Shown here one piece after another: positions 9,241-18,529 of a stretch of 64,000 bases of DNA; within the stretch, counting starts at the first letter, position 1; every line of letters begins with the position of its first letter. This DNA is from an uncultured Acidobacteriota bacterium (lineage in GTDB: Bacteria; Acidobacteriota; Thermoanaerobaculia; Multivoradales; JAGPDF01): positions 143,614 to 207,613 of the forward strand of contig CAWAGZ010000004.1 in NCBI GenBank assembly GCA_963781755.1, given 5' to 3'. The position numbers were made by a program, and so were the translations under genes. Below the pieces are notes generated by a model that ran no database searches, was not told where the DNA came from, and worked only from the letters and a program-made list of their open reading frames with translations.

Positions 9241-10071
9241 TCAGTGGCGTCCGTCGCCGCGGCGGCGGCCGTTGCGCCCGCGATCGGAGTCGCGCCTGCG
9301 GCCGTCGTCACGACGGTCGTAACGGCGGTCGTCTCGGCGGCCGTCACGACGGTCGTAGCGGCGGTCGTCTCGACGATCCTCCCGCCGGTCGTAGCGCCGA
9401 TCCTCACGACGATCGGAGCGGCGATCGTAGCGGTGGTCGTAGCGACGATCGTAGCCGCGGTCGTAGCGACGATCGTAGCCGCGGTCGTAGCGGAAGTAGC
9501 GGTGGTTCCGTTCGTCGCGCAGATCGCGGTAGATCGAGCCGTACGAGCGACCGATGCGGCGCAGCTCGATCACGCGGGCCGCGGGAACTCCGTAGTAGCG
9601 GGTGCAGAGGCGGAGGTTGACCAGGCCGATCACGTCGGCGTCGCTCAGCCGGATCGAGCGCCAACGCGCTCGGGGCGTGTAGCGGTAGTAGCCCCAGGCG
9701 CGGCCGTAGGGCGGGCCGGGGTCGACGTCGAGCGGGACGTAGAAGATCTCGGGCCCGAGTCCGAAGCGCAGGGCGATGTCGAGGAACGGGAGGCCGCGGC
9801 GGTGGAGGTCGAGAACGCGCTCGGGCGCGATCGCCGCCTGCTGGGCGATGTAGCCGATCACCGGCAGGGCGTCTTCCGGCGCGCCGGCTTCGAGCAGACG
9901 CACGATCACGGGCTCGGGCAGCCCGAGCGATTCGTGGATCGCGCGGTGCAGGTCCGCCAGCGGCTCGAGCGGGCCGAGGTCGGCGGCGGCCGGAGCGGCG
10001 CCTGCGCTCAGCGTCAGCGCGAGCAGGATCGAGAAGGGAGCGAATGTGAGCTGTTTCACCGTGCGGCGCAT
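9241..10071 (-). CDS. secreted hypothetical protein with ~95-aa Arg/Asp/Tyr-rich repeat tail
   Basis: ORF 9241..10341 trimmed to ATG 10071..10069, which is preceded by GAGAGGAGG-N7. Signal peptide MRRTVKQLTFAPFSILLALTLSAGAAPAAA. A ~150-aa domain of balanced composition follows, then YFRYDRGYDRRYDRGYDRRYDHRYDRRSDRREDRRYDRREDRRDDRRYDRRDGRRDDRRYDRRDDGRRRDSDRGRNGRRRGDGRH. Confidence 0.7.
   Translation of the reverse strand: MRRTVKQLTFAPFSILLALTLSAGAAPAAADLGPLEPLADLHRAIHESLGLPEPVIVRLLEAGAPEDALPVIGYIAQQAAIAPERVLDLHRRGLPFLDIALRFGLGPEIFYVPLDVDPGPPYGRAWGYYRYTPRARWRSIRLSDADVIGLVNLRLCTRYYGVPAARVIELRRIGRSYGSIYRDLRDERNHRYFRYDRGYDRRYDRGYDRRYDHRYDRRSDRREDRRYDRREDRRDDRRYDRRDGRRDDRRYDRRDDGRRRDSDRGRNGRRRGDGRH
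9244..9506 (-). repeat. degenerate in-frame tandem repeat encoding the R/D/Y tail
   Basis: Perfect 24-nt unit gtcgtagcgacgatcgtagccgcg at 9436-9459 and again at 9460-9483. It is flanked by degenerate cggtcgt(a/c)(g/a)cg-type units across the whole tail-coding region. Confidence 0.8.
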
Positions 10072-10185
10072 CGTCGGACCTCCTCTCGGTGTCCACCCTC
10101 CGGTTGCGAAGGGTCGTTTCCGATCGACGGTGGAGGAGTGCAGGATGGGTGCCAGGCCCCCCCTCCGCAGTAGGCTTGCGGGACC

Positions 10186-11619
10186 GTGCCGAGCGAACCG
10201 ACTCCCGCGCTCCGCCGCGCGCGCGCCGTGCAGATGCTCCTCGTCGCCGCCCTCGTCGTGGCTTTGGCGTCGCTGTGGACCGCTCCGCCGTCGCACGAGT
10301 TCCGGGGCGACGAGCGCGACTACCTGCGCGAGGCCGTCCACGTCGCGCGCGACGGCGTCTTCTCGAGCGCGCCGGTGGCGGAGACGGAGCCGGCCGCGGA
10401 CGCCTACCGGGAACCGGCCTACGCGTGGCTGGTCGCCGCCACCTGGCGGCTCGCCGGCGCGCTGGTGCCCGGCGACGAAGCGGGTTGGACGCGCGGTCGC
10501 TTCGTCGTCGCCGCGCGCTGCGTCCGGGCGCTCGGCGCGCTGTTGCTCGCCGCCGCCGCGGCCGCCGCCGGATTCGCCGCGCGCGGTGCCGGTGCCGCGC
10601 GGGCGACGGCACTGGCGAGCGCGCTCGCGGTACTGCTCAGTCCGGCACTTCGCGGAGCCTCGGGGACGCTCGACTCAGAGATCCTCGCGGCGATGCTGAC
10701 CGCGGGCGCGGCCGCAGCGTGGATCGCGGCGGTCCGGTCGCCGTCCCGCACGGCTCTGCTGGTCGCGGCGGCGCTCACCGGCGTCGCGCCGCTCGCCCGT
10801 GGCGCCGCGCTGGTCCTGATTCCGGTAGGTGCGCTGGTGGTGGCCTCGGGCCCGGCCGTTTGTCCTCCCCGACGCCGGGGAGCACGGGTGCTGCTGTTCC
10901 TCCTGCTCGCGACCCTGCCCTCGGCGCTGTGGTGCGCGCGCAACCGATCCGTCAGCGGTCACTTCGCTCTTGCCGGGCGCGGGGGGCAGGTCCTGTGGAC
11001 GCGGGCGGAGCTCGACCGGCAGCTGGCGCGCGAGGGCATCGTCCCGGCGCTGCTCGAGTGGACGCCGCTCGACGCGGCCCGCGAGCTGCGCCGCTCGCTC
11101 GTGCCGGAGTCGCGGATCTCCGACTATCGCTGGCGGGGGGTCGGCAACTACTTCACCCGCTCGCTCCGGCGCTGGCACGCGGAGCGAGCGGACGGAGATC
11201 CTCTCGCCGCCGAGCGGCGGCTGGCGGCGGAGGCCGTGGCGACCTTCCTGCGCCACCCGCTCGACCACCTGCGGGCAACGATCGCGGTCGGGTGGCGCGG
11301 CCTCTTCGCCGAGAGGTCGCCGGCGTGGTCGGAGCCGCTCGACCTCACCTTCCTGCTCGGCCTCGCCCTGGCTCTGGGCTTCGTCCGGCGGACGCTGCTC
11401 GCCGGGCGCAGCCGCCGCCCGGTCGATCTCGCGCTGGTGGCCGCGCCGCTCGCCCTGTTCCTGTTCCACGCCCTGGCGACCGAGTTCCTGCCGCGCTTCG
11501 GCGTGCCCGCCCTGCCGTTGGTCTGGGCGGCGGCCCTGACCGCCTGGCCGGGCGCGGGGAGCGGCCCGGTGCCGGACGGGGTGCGCCCGGGGGAGGGCAA
11601 CGCGCCGGCAGCCGGTTGA
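10186..11619 (+). CDS. polytopic membrane protein, GT-C-like glycosyltransferase (ArnT/PMT family-like)
   Basis: 477 aa with about 9-11 hydrophobic segments. Early loop reads FRGDERDYLREA...YREPAYAWLVA, resembling the first periplasmic loop of GT39/GT83 enzymes. Start uncertain (GTG 10186 or ATG 10234). Confidence 0.5.
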   Translation: MPSEPTPALRRARAVQMLLVAALVVALASLWTAPPSHEFRGDERDYLREAVHVARDGVFSSAPVAETEPAADAYREPAYAWLVAATWRLAGALVPGDEAGWTRGRFVVAARCVRALGALLLAAAAAAAGFAARGAGAARATALASALAVLLSPALRGASGTLDSEILAAMLTAGAAAAWIAAVRSPSRTALLVAAALTGVAPLARGAALVLIPVGALVVASGPAVCPPRRRGARVLLFLLLATLPSALWCARNRSVSGHFALAGRGGQVLWTRAELDRQLAREGIVPALLEWTPLDAARELRRSLVPESRISDYRWRGVGNYFTRSLRRWHAERADGDPLAAERRLAAEAVATFLRHPLDHLRATIAVGWRGLFAERSPAWSEPLDLTFLLGLALALGFVRRTLLAGRSRRPVDLALVAAPLALFLFHALATEFLPRFGVPALPLVWAAALTAWPGAGSGPVPDGVRPGEGNAPAAG

Positions 11620-11643
11620 CCCACCCCGCCGGCGTGATGTATC

Positions 11644-11669
11644 CTTTCATCCGGATTTTGGGATGAAAG
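11644..11669. promoter_or_regulatory. AT-rich perfect inverted repeat CTTTCATCC-N8-GGATGAAAG; candidate operator of the downstream ArsR-type regulator
   Basis: Read directly: ctttcatcc (11644-11652), spacer ggattttg, ggatgaaag (11661-11669). It lies in the 57-bp gap upstream of the regulator gene and is the most AT-rich stretch locally. Confidence 0.4.
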
Positions 11670-11676
11670 CCCTCCA

Positions 11677-12690
11677 TTGACCGTGCCCGCCGCGCCGACC
11701 CCGACCACCCACGTCCCCGGGGCGCCCGCGCCCGACCGGCTGCTGGCGCGCGTCGCCGCGCTCGCCGACCCCGCACGGCTGCGCCTGCTCGCGTTGCTCG
11801 AAGGGCGCGAGCTCGCGGTTTCGGAGCTCGCCGAGATCCTCCAGCTGCCGCAGTCGACCGTCTCGCGCCACCTCCGGGTGCTGGTGGATTCGGGCTGGCT
11901 GGCGGCGCGCGGTGAGCGCACGACGAATCTCTACCGCATGCTCGACGGCGAACTGCCCGAGGCGTCGCGGCAGCTCTGGGAGGTGGCGCGGGCCGAGATC
12001 GCCGGCTGGCCCGCGCTCGGCCAGGATCGCGTCCGGCTGGAGCACTGCCTCGGGCGACGGCGCGACGAAGAGGGCGGCTTCTACGCCGGCGTCGCCGACG
12101 AGTGGGACGGGCTGCGGCGCGAGCTCTACGGCGAGCGCTTCACCGACGAAGCCTTGCGCGCGCTGCTGCCGGCGGACTGGACCGTGGCGGACCTGGCCTG
12201 CGGCAGTGGCTCGGTCGCCGCCCTGCTGGCTCCGCGCGTGGGCCGGGTGATCGCGGTCGACCTTTCGCCCGAGATGCTGTCCGCCGCGCGCGAGCGCCTG
12301 GCGGCGCACGACAACGTCACCTTACGCCTGGGAGCGCTCGAGCAGCTTCCGGTCGAGGATCGGAGCTGCGACGCGGCGCTGGTCCTGCTCGCCCTGACCC
12401 ACGTCGAGGATCCGGCGCGGGCCGCTCGCGAGCTGGTCCGGATCCTGCGACCCGGCGGACGCGCGGTGGTCGTCGACCTGCTCCGCCACGATCGCGACGA
12501 TTTTCGCCGCCGCCTCGGGCAGCTGCGCAACGGCTTCGAGGCCGCCGAGCTGACCGCGCTGCTCACCGACGCCGGCCTGGCCGGCGTCACGACGACGACG
12601 CTACCGCCCGAACCCGAGGCCAAGGGTCCCGCCCTGCTGCTGGCGACCGGGTCGCGGCCCGCGCCGACGGCGCCGCCCCCGGCCGGATGA
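11677..12690 (+). CDS. ArsR-family HTH regulator fused to a SAM-methyltransferase-like domain (SahR-like)
   Basis: 337 aa. ArsR wHTH region: [47 protein letters not shown]. Class I methyltransferase motif I: [16 protein letters not shown]. Also [11 protein letters not shown]. Sits directly upstream of ahcY. The TTG start is uncertain. Confidence 0.8.
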   Translation: MTVPAAPTPTTHVPGAPAPDRLLARVAALADPARLRLLALLEGRELAVSELAEILQLPQSTVSRHLRVLVDSGWLAARGERTTNLYRMLDGELPEASRQLWEVARAEIAGWPALGQDRVRLEHCLGRRRDEEGGFYAGVADEWDGLRRELYGERFTDEALRALLPADWTVADLACGSGSVAALLAPRVGRVIAVDLSPEMLSAARERLAAHDNVTLRLGALEQLPVEDRSCDAALVLLALTHVEDPARAARELVRILRPGGRAVVVDLLRHDRDDFRRRLGQLRNGFEAAELTALLTDAGLAGVTTTTLPPEPEAKGPALLLATGSRPAPTAPPPAG

Positions 12691-12754
12691 TCCGAAGCTC
12701 CGCCGAGTCCGAAACCGAACCCAGAATCGCCACCGATCCGAGAGGAAGAGAGGA

Positions 12755-14233
12755 ATGGAAATGACCAGAGTCGCCACCGCGGTCGAGCCGAAGTTGGACT
12801 ACGAGGTCCGGGACCTGTCCCTCGCCGAATGGGGGCGCAAGGAGATCCGCCTCGCCGAGCAGGAGATGCCGGGCCTGATGGCGATCCGCGAGGAGTACGC
12901 TGCCGAGCGCCCGCTCGCGGGCCAGCGGATCACGGGCTCGCTCCACATGACCATCCAGACCGCGGTGCTGATCGAGACGCTGCGCGCGCTGGGCGCCGAG
13001 GTGCGCTGGGCGTCGTGCAACATCTTCTCGACCCAGGACCACGCCGCCGCCGCCGTGGCCGTCGGCCCCGACGGCACCGTCGAGGACCCGCGTGGCGTCC
13101 CGGTCTTCGCCTTCAAGGGCGAGTCGCTCGAGGAGTACTGGGAGTTCACCTCGCGCGCGCTCGACTTCGGGGACGGGCGCGGGCCGACGCAGATCGTCGA
13201 CGACGGCGGCGACGCGACGCTGCTGATCCACAAGGGCTACGAGCTCGAGCGGGCCGGCGAGGTCCCGGATCCCGCGGGCGCGGACAGCGAGGAGCTCGCC
13301 GTCGTGCTTTCGCTCCTCGCGCGCCTCCAGAAGCAGGATCCGGAGCACTGGCGGCGGATCGTGCCGGCGATGCGCGGCGTCTCGGAGGAGACGACCACCG
13401 GCGTCCACCGGCTCTACGAGATGGAGCGCGACGGCAAGCTCCTGTTTCCGGCCGTCAACGTCAACGACTCGGTGACCAAGTCGAAGTTCGACAACACGTA
13501 CGGCTGTCGCCACTCGATCGTGGACGGGCTGAACCGCGCCACCGACGTCATGCTCTCGGGCAAGGTCGCGGTGGTCTGCGGCTTCGGCGAGGTCGGCAAG
13601 GGGTGTGCGCAGGCGCTGCGCGGCCAGGGCGCGCGGGTGATCGTCACCGAGATCGACCCGATCTGCGCTCTGCAGGCGGCGATGGAGGGCTACGAAGTGC
13701 GGCGGCTCGCCGACGTGGTCGATTCGGCCGACGTCTTCGTCACTGCGACCGGGAACCGCGACGTGATCACGGCGGGCGACATGGCGCGCATGAAGGACAA
13801 GGCGATCGTCGGCAACATCGGCCATTTCGACAACGAGATCGACATGGCCGGGCTCGAGCGCCTGCGCAAGCGGGGCGAGATCGAGAAGACGAACATCAAG
13901 CCGCAGTACGACGAGTGGCGCTTCGCCGACGGGCACTCCGTCCTGATCCTCGCCGAGGGCCGTCTGCTCAACCTCGGCTGCGCCACCGGGCACCCGTCGT
14001 TCGTGATGTCGATGAGCTTCACCAATCAGGTGATGGCGCAGATCGACCTGGCGCGCAACGGCGAGGGCTATGACCGGAAGGTCCTGGTCCTGCCCAAGAA
14101 GCTGGACGAAAAGGTGGCGCGCCTGCACCTCGACAAGCTCGGTGTCGAGCTGACCGAGCTGACGGCGAAGCAGGCCGAGTACATCGGCATCCCGGCGGAG
14201 GGGCCCTTCAAGCCCGACTCCTACCGCTACTGA
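12755..14233 (+). CDS. ahcY: adenosylhomocysteinase
   Basis: 492 aa, unmistakable AhcY sequence ([29 protein letters not shown]...[16 protein letters not shown]...[40 protein letters not shown]...GHFDNEID). RBS is AGGAAGAGAGGA. The start could be 12761 instead. Confidence 0.97.
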   Translation: MEMTRVATAVEPKLDYEVRDLSLAEWGRKEIRLAEQEMPGLMAIREEYAAERPLAGQRITGSLHMTIQTAVLIETLRALGAEVRWASCNIFSTQDHAAAAVAVGPDGTVEDPRGVPVFAFKGESLEEYWEFTSRALDFGDGRGPTQIVDDGGDATLLIHKGYELERAGEVPDPAGADSEELAVVLSLLARLQKQDPEHWRRIVPAMRGVSEETTTGVHRLYEMERDGKLLFPAVNVNDSVTKSKFDNTYGCRHSIVDGLNRATDVMLSGKVAVVCGFGEVGKGCAQALRGQGARVIVTEIDPICALQAAMEGYEVRRLADVVDSADVFVTATGNRDVITAGDMARMKDKAIVGNIGHFDNEIDMAGLERLRKRGEIEKTNIKPQYDEWRFADGHSVLILAEGRLLNLGCATGHPSFVMSMSFTNQVMAQIDLARNGEGYDRKVLVLPKKLDEKVARLHLDKLGVELTELTAKQAEYIGIPAEGPFKPDSYRY

Positions 14234-14294
14234 GCCGCGTCCCGGGGAGCGGCCGACTGCGCCCCGCGGCGGGGCGGAGATAGGGTAGAGGGCG

Positions 14295-14771
14295 ATGCGC
14301 GGATCGCCCCCGGAATCTCCCGCCTGGGTGCTCTTCGACGGGCGCTGCGGGTTGTGCGACGGCGCGGTGCGCTGGTTGATCCGGCACGATCGGAGATCGG
14401 CGCTCGCGTTCGCTCCGCTCGAGGGCGCGGTCGCGGCCGCGGTGCGGGGGCGCCACCCGGATCTGCCGGAGGCCGACGAGTCCTTCGTCCTGGTCGAATC
14501 GCCGCAGCAGGCCTCCGAGCGAGTCCGCGTCCGCTCCGACGCCGCGCTGGCGGCGCTGGTCCGCTTGGGAGGTCCCTGGCGCCTCGCCGGCGGTCTGCGG
14601 GCGGTTCCGCGGTTCGCGCGGGACGCGGTCTACCGGTGGGTGGCGCGCCATCGCACCCGCTGGTTCGGCCGGCTCGCCGCATGCCGGGTGCCGACGCCGG
14701 AGGAGCGCGCCCGCTTTCTCGAGGTGCCGGCGGAGAGTGGCCCCCCCTCTGCTAGCATTCCCGAGGGATGA
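14295..14771 (+). CDS. thiol-disulfide oxidoreductase DCC family protein (DUF393)
   Basis: 158 aa. N-terminal VLFDGRCGLCDGAVRWLIRHD is the DCC CxxC motif. Confidence 0.85.
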   Translation: MRGSPPESPAWVLFDGRCGLCDGAVRWLIRHDRRSALAFAPLEGAVAAAVRGRHPDLPEADESFVLVESPQQASERVRVRSDAALAALVRLGGPWRLAGGLRAVPRFARDAVYRWVARHRTRWFGRLAACRVPTPEERARFLEVPAESGPPSASIPEG

Positions 14772-15124
14772 GCCGGAAGAAGAGCCTCTACAAGATCGTG
14801 TTCCAGAGCTTCCAGGAGAAGGGACAGATCGTCGAGCTCTACGCCCGCAACGTGACCCAGGGCGGGCTGTTCGGTTTCGTCGAGATCGAGGATCTCGTCT
14901 TCGGCGCCCGTTCCGAGGTGGTCGTGGATCCGTCGGAGGAGGGCCTGCGCAGCGAGTTCGGCAACGCCCGCCGCCTCTTCCTCCCGCTCCACGCGATCCT
15001 GCGCATCGAGGAAGTCGAGAAGGAGGGGCCGGCGCGCGTGCGTCCGGCACGCGAGGGCGAGAGCGTCGTGACCCCGTTCCCGATTCCCATCCTGACGCCG
15101 GGGAAGGGCCCCCGGCACAACTGA
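14768..15124 (+). CDS. DUF1820 family protein
   Basis: 118 aa. MSRKKSLYKIVFQSFQEKGQIVELYARNVTQGGLFGFVEIEDLVFGARSEVVVDPSEEGLRSEF...LPLHAILRIEEV matches my memory of DUF1820 proteins. The start overlaps the DCC stop (ATGA). Confidence 0.75.
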   Translation: MSRKKSLYKIVFQSFQEKGQIVELYARNVTQGGLFGFVEIEDLVFGARSEVVVDPSEEGLRSEFGNARRLFLPLHAILRIEEVEKEGPARVRPAREGESVVTPFPIPILTPGKGPRHN

Positions 15125-15233
15125 GCGGCCGCGCCGCGCGCCGCCGCCCGGGAAAACCCGTCGGCTCCCCTGACGTATCGGGTAGGGGCGCCTTCCGCAC
15201 CCCGGAGGGGAATCTCGTTCCGCCACGTTTCGA

Positions 15234-15968
15234 ATGATCCGACTCCGCGAACTCCACAAGAACTACTGGATGGGCGCCAACCGGCTGCACGTCCTGAAGG
15301 GGATCGACCTCGACGTCGGCGCCGGCGAGTTGGTGTCGATCATGGGCGCCTCGGGCTCGGGCAAGTCGACGCTGATGAACATCGTGGGTCTGCTCGACCG
15401 CTTCGACGAGGGGAGCTACGAGCTCGACGGCGAGGACATGTCCGACCTCTCCGAGCGGCGCGCCGCCCAGCTGCGCAGCCGGTACATCGGCTTCGTCTTC
15501 CAGTCCTTCCACCTGATCCCGTTCAAGACCGCGGCCGAGAACGTCGCGATGCCGCTCTACTACCAGAAGGTCCCGCGCCGGAGCCGCAACCGGCTCGCCG
15601 CCGAGTACCTCGCCAAGCTCGGCCTGGCGGACCGCGTGGGCCATCTGCCGAGGGAGCTCTCGGGCGGCGAGCAGCAGCGGGTCGCCATCGCGCGGGCGCT
15701 GGTCACCCGCCCCAAGATGATCCTCGCGGACGAGCCCACCGGCGCTCTCGACTCGGCAACCTCGTTCGAGATCATGCGGGCGCTGCAAGGAGTCCAGGCC
15801 GACGGCGTCACCGTGATCATCATCACCCACGAGCACGACATCGCGGCGATGACGGATCGGATCATCCACCTGGTCGACGGCAACGTCGATTGGGATCGCC
15901 CGAACGAGCGCCAGGACCCGGACCAGAGCCTCGAGGCGCAGGCGACGACCGCGGCGGGCTCGCCATGA
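15234..15968 (+). CDS. ABC transporter ATP-binding protein (MacB/LolD-type)
   Basis: Walker A GASGSGKST, Q-loop FQSF, signature LSGGEQQRVAIARAL, Walker B ILADEPTGALD, H-loop ITHE. Confidence 0.95.
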   Translation: MIRLRELHKNYWMGANRLHVLKGIDLDVGAGELVSIMGASGSGKSTLMNIVGLLDRFDEGSYELDGEDMSDLSERRAAQLRSRYIGFVFQSFHLIPFKTAAENVAMPLYYQKVPRRSRNRLAAEYLAKLGLADRVGHLPRELSGGEQQRVAIARALVTRPKMILADEPTGALDSATSFEIMRALQGVQADGVTVIIITHEHDIAAMTDRIIHLVDGNVDWDRPNERQDPDQSLEAQATTAAGSP

Positions 15969-17200
15969 TCGACCTCGACACCTGGCAGGAGATCCTCGAG
16001 ACGCTGGGGCGCAACAAGCTGCGCACCGGATTGACCGGCTTCGCCGTGGCTTGGGGGATCTTCATGCTGATCGTCCTGCTGGGTTCGGGGGAGGGTCTGG
16101 CCCACGGGATCCGCTACCAGTTCCGCGACGACGCGATCAACAGCATCCGGGTCTCGGGCGGGACCACTTCGAAGCCGTACCGGGGGCTCCAGCCCGGGCG
16201 CGACATCCAGTTCGACAACGCGGACTACTCGGAGGTCACCACGCGAGTGCCCGGAGTCGGTTACTCCTCGGCGCGCTTCTACGTCTACGGCAGCCAGCAG
16301 GTCAACTACGGCAAGGAGTGGGGCAGCTTCTCGATCCGCGCCGTCCACCCGGGACACCGCGTGCTCGAGGTCACCAAGGTGATCCGGGGCCGCTTCATCG
16401 ACCCGTACGACATCGAGAGATACCGCAAGGTCGCCGTGATCGGGATCCTGGTCAAGGACGCGCTCTTCCACGACGCTCCGGCGATCGGCCGGGAGATCCG
16501 GATCAACGGCATCGCCTTCAAGGTGATCGGCGTCTTCGACGACGACGGCGGCGACCAGGAGAAGGAGATCATCTACCTGCCGATCTCGACCGCCCAGCGC
16601 AGCTTCAACGGTCAGAACCGGGTCAACCAGATCCTCTACACGACCGGCGACGCCAGCGTGGCGAAGTCGGATCGCATGGGCGACGAGACGCGCGACATCC
16701 TCGCCGCCAACCACGACTTCGATCCCAACGACCAGCGCGCGATCTTCCTGCGCAACGGGGTCGAGCTCTTCCAGCGCTTCGTCGGTCTGATGACCGGGAT
16801 CCGGATCTTCATCTGGGTGGTCGGCATCGGCACGCTGCTCGCCGGTGTGGTCGGGGTCTCCAACATCATGCTGGTGGCGGTCAAGGAGCGCACGCGCGAG
16901 ATCGGAATCCGCAAGGCCGTGGGCGCCACGCCGAACTCGATCGTCGGCCTGATTCTGTTCGAGTCGGTGCTGATCACGTCGGTCGCCGGCTACCTCGGAC
17001 TGGTCGCCGGAGTCGGGGTGCTGCAGCTGGTCGACGGGATCCTGCCCCCCGACGCGTCGTTCTTCCGCGATCCATCGGTCGACCTGAGCATCGCCTTCTG
17101 GGCGACCGTGCTCCTGATCGTGGCGGGTACGATCGCCGGCTTCTTCCCCGCGCGCCGGGCGGCGATGGTGCAGCCCGTCGAGACGCTGCGAGAGGAGTGA
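15965..17200 (+). CDS. ABC transporter permease (FtsX/MacB family)
   Basis: ORF 15890..17200 trimmed to ATG 15965, which overlaps the ATPase stop (ATGA). MIDLDTWQEILETLGRNKLRTGLTGFAVAWGIFMLIVLL. Large periplasmic domain. C-terminal FtsX motif VKERTREIGIRKAVGAT. Confidence 0.9.
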   Translation: MIDLDTWQEILETLGRNKLRTGLTGFAVAWGIFMLIVLLGSGEGLAHGIRYQFRDDAINSIRVSGGTTSKPYRGLQPGRDIQFDNADYSEVTTRVPGVGYSSARFYVYGSQQVNYGKEWGSFSIRAVHPGHRVLEVTKVIRGRFIDPYDIERYRKVAVIGILVKDALFHDAPAIGREIRINGIAFKVIGVFDDDGGDQEKEIIYLPISTAQRSFNGQNRVNQILYTTGDASVAKSDRMGDETRDILAANHDFDPNDQRAIFLRNGVELFQRFVGLMTGIRIFIWVVGIGTLLAGVVGVSNIMLVAVKERTREIGIRKAVGATPNSIVGLILFESVLITSVAGYLGLVAGVGVLQLVDGILPPDASFFRDPSVDLSIAFWATVLLIVAGTIAGFFPARRAAMVQPVETLREE

Positions 17201-17201
17201 G

Positions 17202-18479
17202 ATGAGCCTTCTCGACGTCGACCATTGGCAGGAGATCGGCGCGGCGCTGGCCAAGAATCGGCTGCGGACGTTTCTGACCGCCTTCGGAGTGTTCTGGGGA
17301 ATCTTCCTGCTCGTCGTCCTCCTCGGCTCCGGCAACGGACTGACCAACGGGGTCATGGCCGGCTTCTCCGGCACCGCGACGAACAGCTTCTTCTGCTGGG
17401 GCCGGCGCACCTCGAAGCCCTTCGCGGGGCTGTCCGCGGGGCGGGAGGTGATCTTCACGAACGAGGACACCGAGGCGATCCGGCGCCAGGTGCCCGACGC
17501 CGCGGTGATCGCGCCGCGTCTGCAGCTCGGCGGGCATCACGGCAACGTCACGGTGCGGCGCAAGGGCGAGGTCGGGCCGTTCTCGGTCATGGGCGACTAC
17601 CCCGAGGTCTTCACCATCCAGTCGGTGATCCTCGACCGCGGACGCTTGCTCGACCGGATCGATCTCGAGGAGAAGCGGAAGGTGGCCGTGATCGGGACCC
17701 GGGTCCGGGAGGTGCTCTTCGACAAGGACGAAGACCCGATCGGCGACGCGATCGAGATCAACGGCGTCTGGTTCAAGGTGATCGGATTGTTCCGCACGCG
17801 CCAGACCGGCGGGCAGGGTGAGCGGGACGCGCAGACGATCTACGTCCCGTTCACCACCTACCAGCAGGCCTTCAACGCCGCCAACGAAGTGGACTGGTAC
17901 GCGATCACCGCGCGCAACGGCGTCCGGGTGTCGAAGGTCGAGGACGAGGTCATCAAGGTGCTCCAGTCGCGCCACAAGGTGGCTCCCGACGACCGCCGGG
18001 GCATCGGGCACTTCAACCTCGAGGAGGAGTACGACAAGATCCACGGTCTGTTCAACGGCATCCGCGTCCTGATGTGGATCGTCGGACTCGGGACGCTGAC
18101 CGCCGGCGCGATCGGCGTCTCCAACATCATGCTGATCGTGATCCGCGAGCGGACGCGGGAGATCGGCATCCGCCGCGCCGTCGGCGCGACGCCGCGCGCG
18201 GTGATCGGGCAGATCGTCCTCGAGGCGGTGACCCTGACCGCCGTCGCCGGGCTGCTGGGGCTGATGGCGGGGGTCGGGACGATGGAGGCGGTCGGCGCGC
18301 TGCTGCCGCAGGCCGCCGCCACCGGAGCTCATCGCTCGATGTTCATCGACCCGGGCGTGACGCTGTCGGACGCCGTCGAGGCGCTCCTGGTGCTGATCGG
18401 GGCCGGGATCGTGGCGGGCCTGATCCCGGCCCGCCGCGCCGTGGCGGTCAACCCGGTGGTGGCTCTGCGCTCCGAGTGA
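17202..18479 (+). CDS. ABC transporter permease (FtsX/MacB family), paralogue of the preceding gene
   Basis: 425 aa. MSLLDVDHWQEIGAALAKNRLRTFLTAFGVFWGIFLLVVLL. Motif IRERTREIGIRRAVGAT. Starts 1 nt after the previous stop. Confidence 0.9.
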   Translation: MSLLDVDHWQEIGAALAKNRLRTFLTAFGVFWGIFLLVVLLGSGNGLTNGVMAGFSGTATNSFFCWGRRTSKPFAGLSAGREVIFTNEDTEAIRRQVPDAAVIAPRLQLGGHHGNVTVRRKGEVGPFSVMGDYPEVFTIQSVILDRGRLLDRIDLEEKRKVAVIGTRVREVLFDKDEDPIGDAIEINGVWFKVIGLFRTRQTGGQGERDAQTIYVPFTTYQQAFNAANEVDWYAITARNGVRVSKVEDEVIKVLQSRHKVAPDDRRGIGHFNLEEEYDKIHGLFNGIRVLMWIVGLGTLTAGAIGVSNIMLIVIRERTREIGIRRAVGATPRAVIGQIVLEAVTLTAVAGLLGLMAGVGTMEAVGALLPQAAATGAHRSMFIDPGVTLSDAVEALLVLIGAGIVAGLIPARRAVAVNPVVALRSE

Positions 18480-18529
18480 GCCGGCCCGGACCGACGTCGT
18501 CGTGAGCATGCAGTCATGAGGATGCAGTC

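Noticed and set aside
9244-9506. Possible CRISPR array or other non-coding tandem repeat
   Set aside because: The units are 12-24 nt, contiguous, without spacers and in frame within a CDS. There are no cas genes. It is a coding low-complexity repeat.
8824-10612. ORFs 8824..10173 (+) and 9404..10612 (-), plus the N-terminal extension of 7494..9407, which show striking VVTTVV/ATIVAAVV or RRPR repeats
   Set aside because: These are other-frame and other-strand readings of the R/D/Y tandem repeat. Only the 9241..10071 frame has an RBS, a signal peptide and a normal globular region.
12691-12754. SAH riboswitch upstream of ahcY
   Set aside because: The gap is only 64 nt and I could not find the conserved SAH-riboswitch pseudoknot elements. 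The upstream ArsR/MTase-type protein regulator offers a more plausible control mechanism.
14261-14275. Hairpin gccccg-cgg-cggggc downstream of ahcY as an intrinsic terminator
   Set aside because: It has a 3-nt loop and no downstream T-tract. It cannot be distinguished from random GC-rich self-complementarity.
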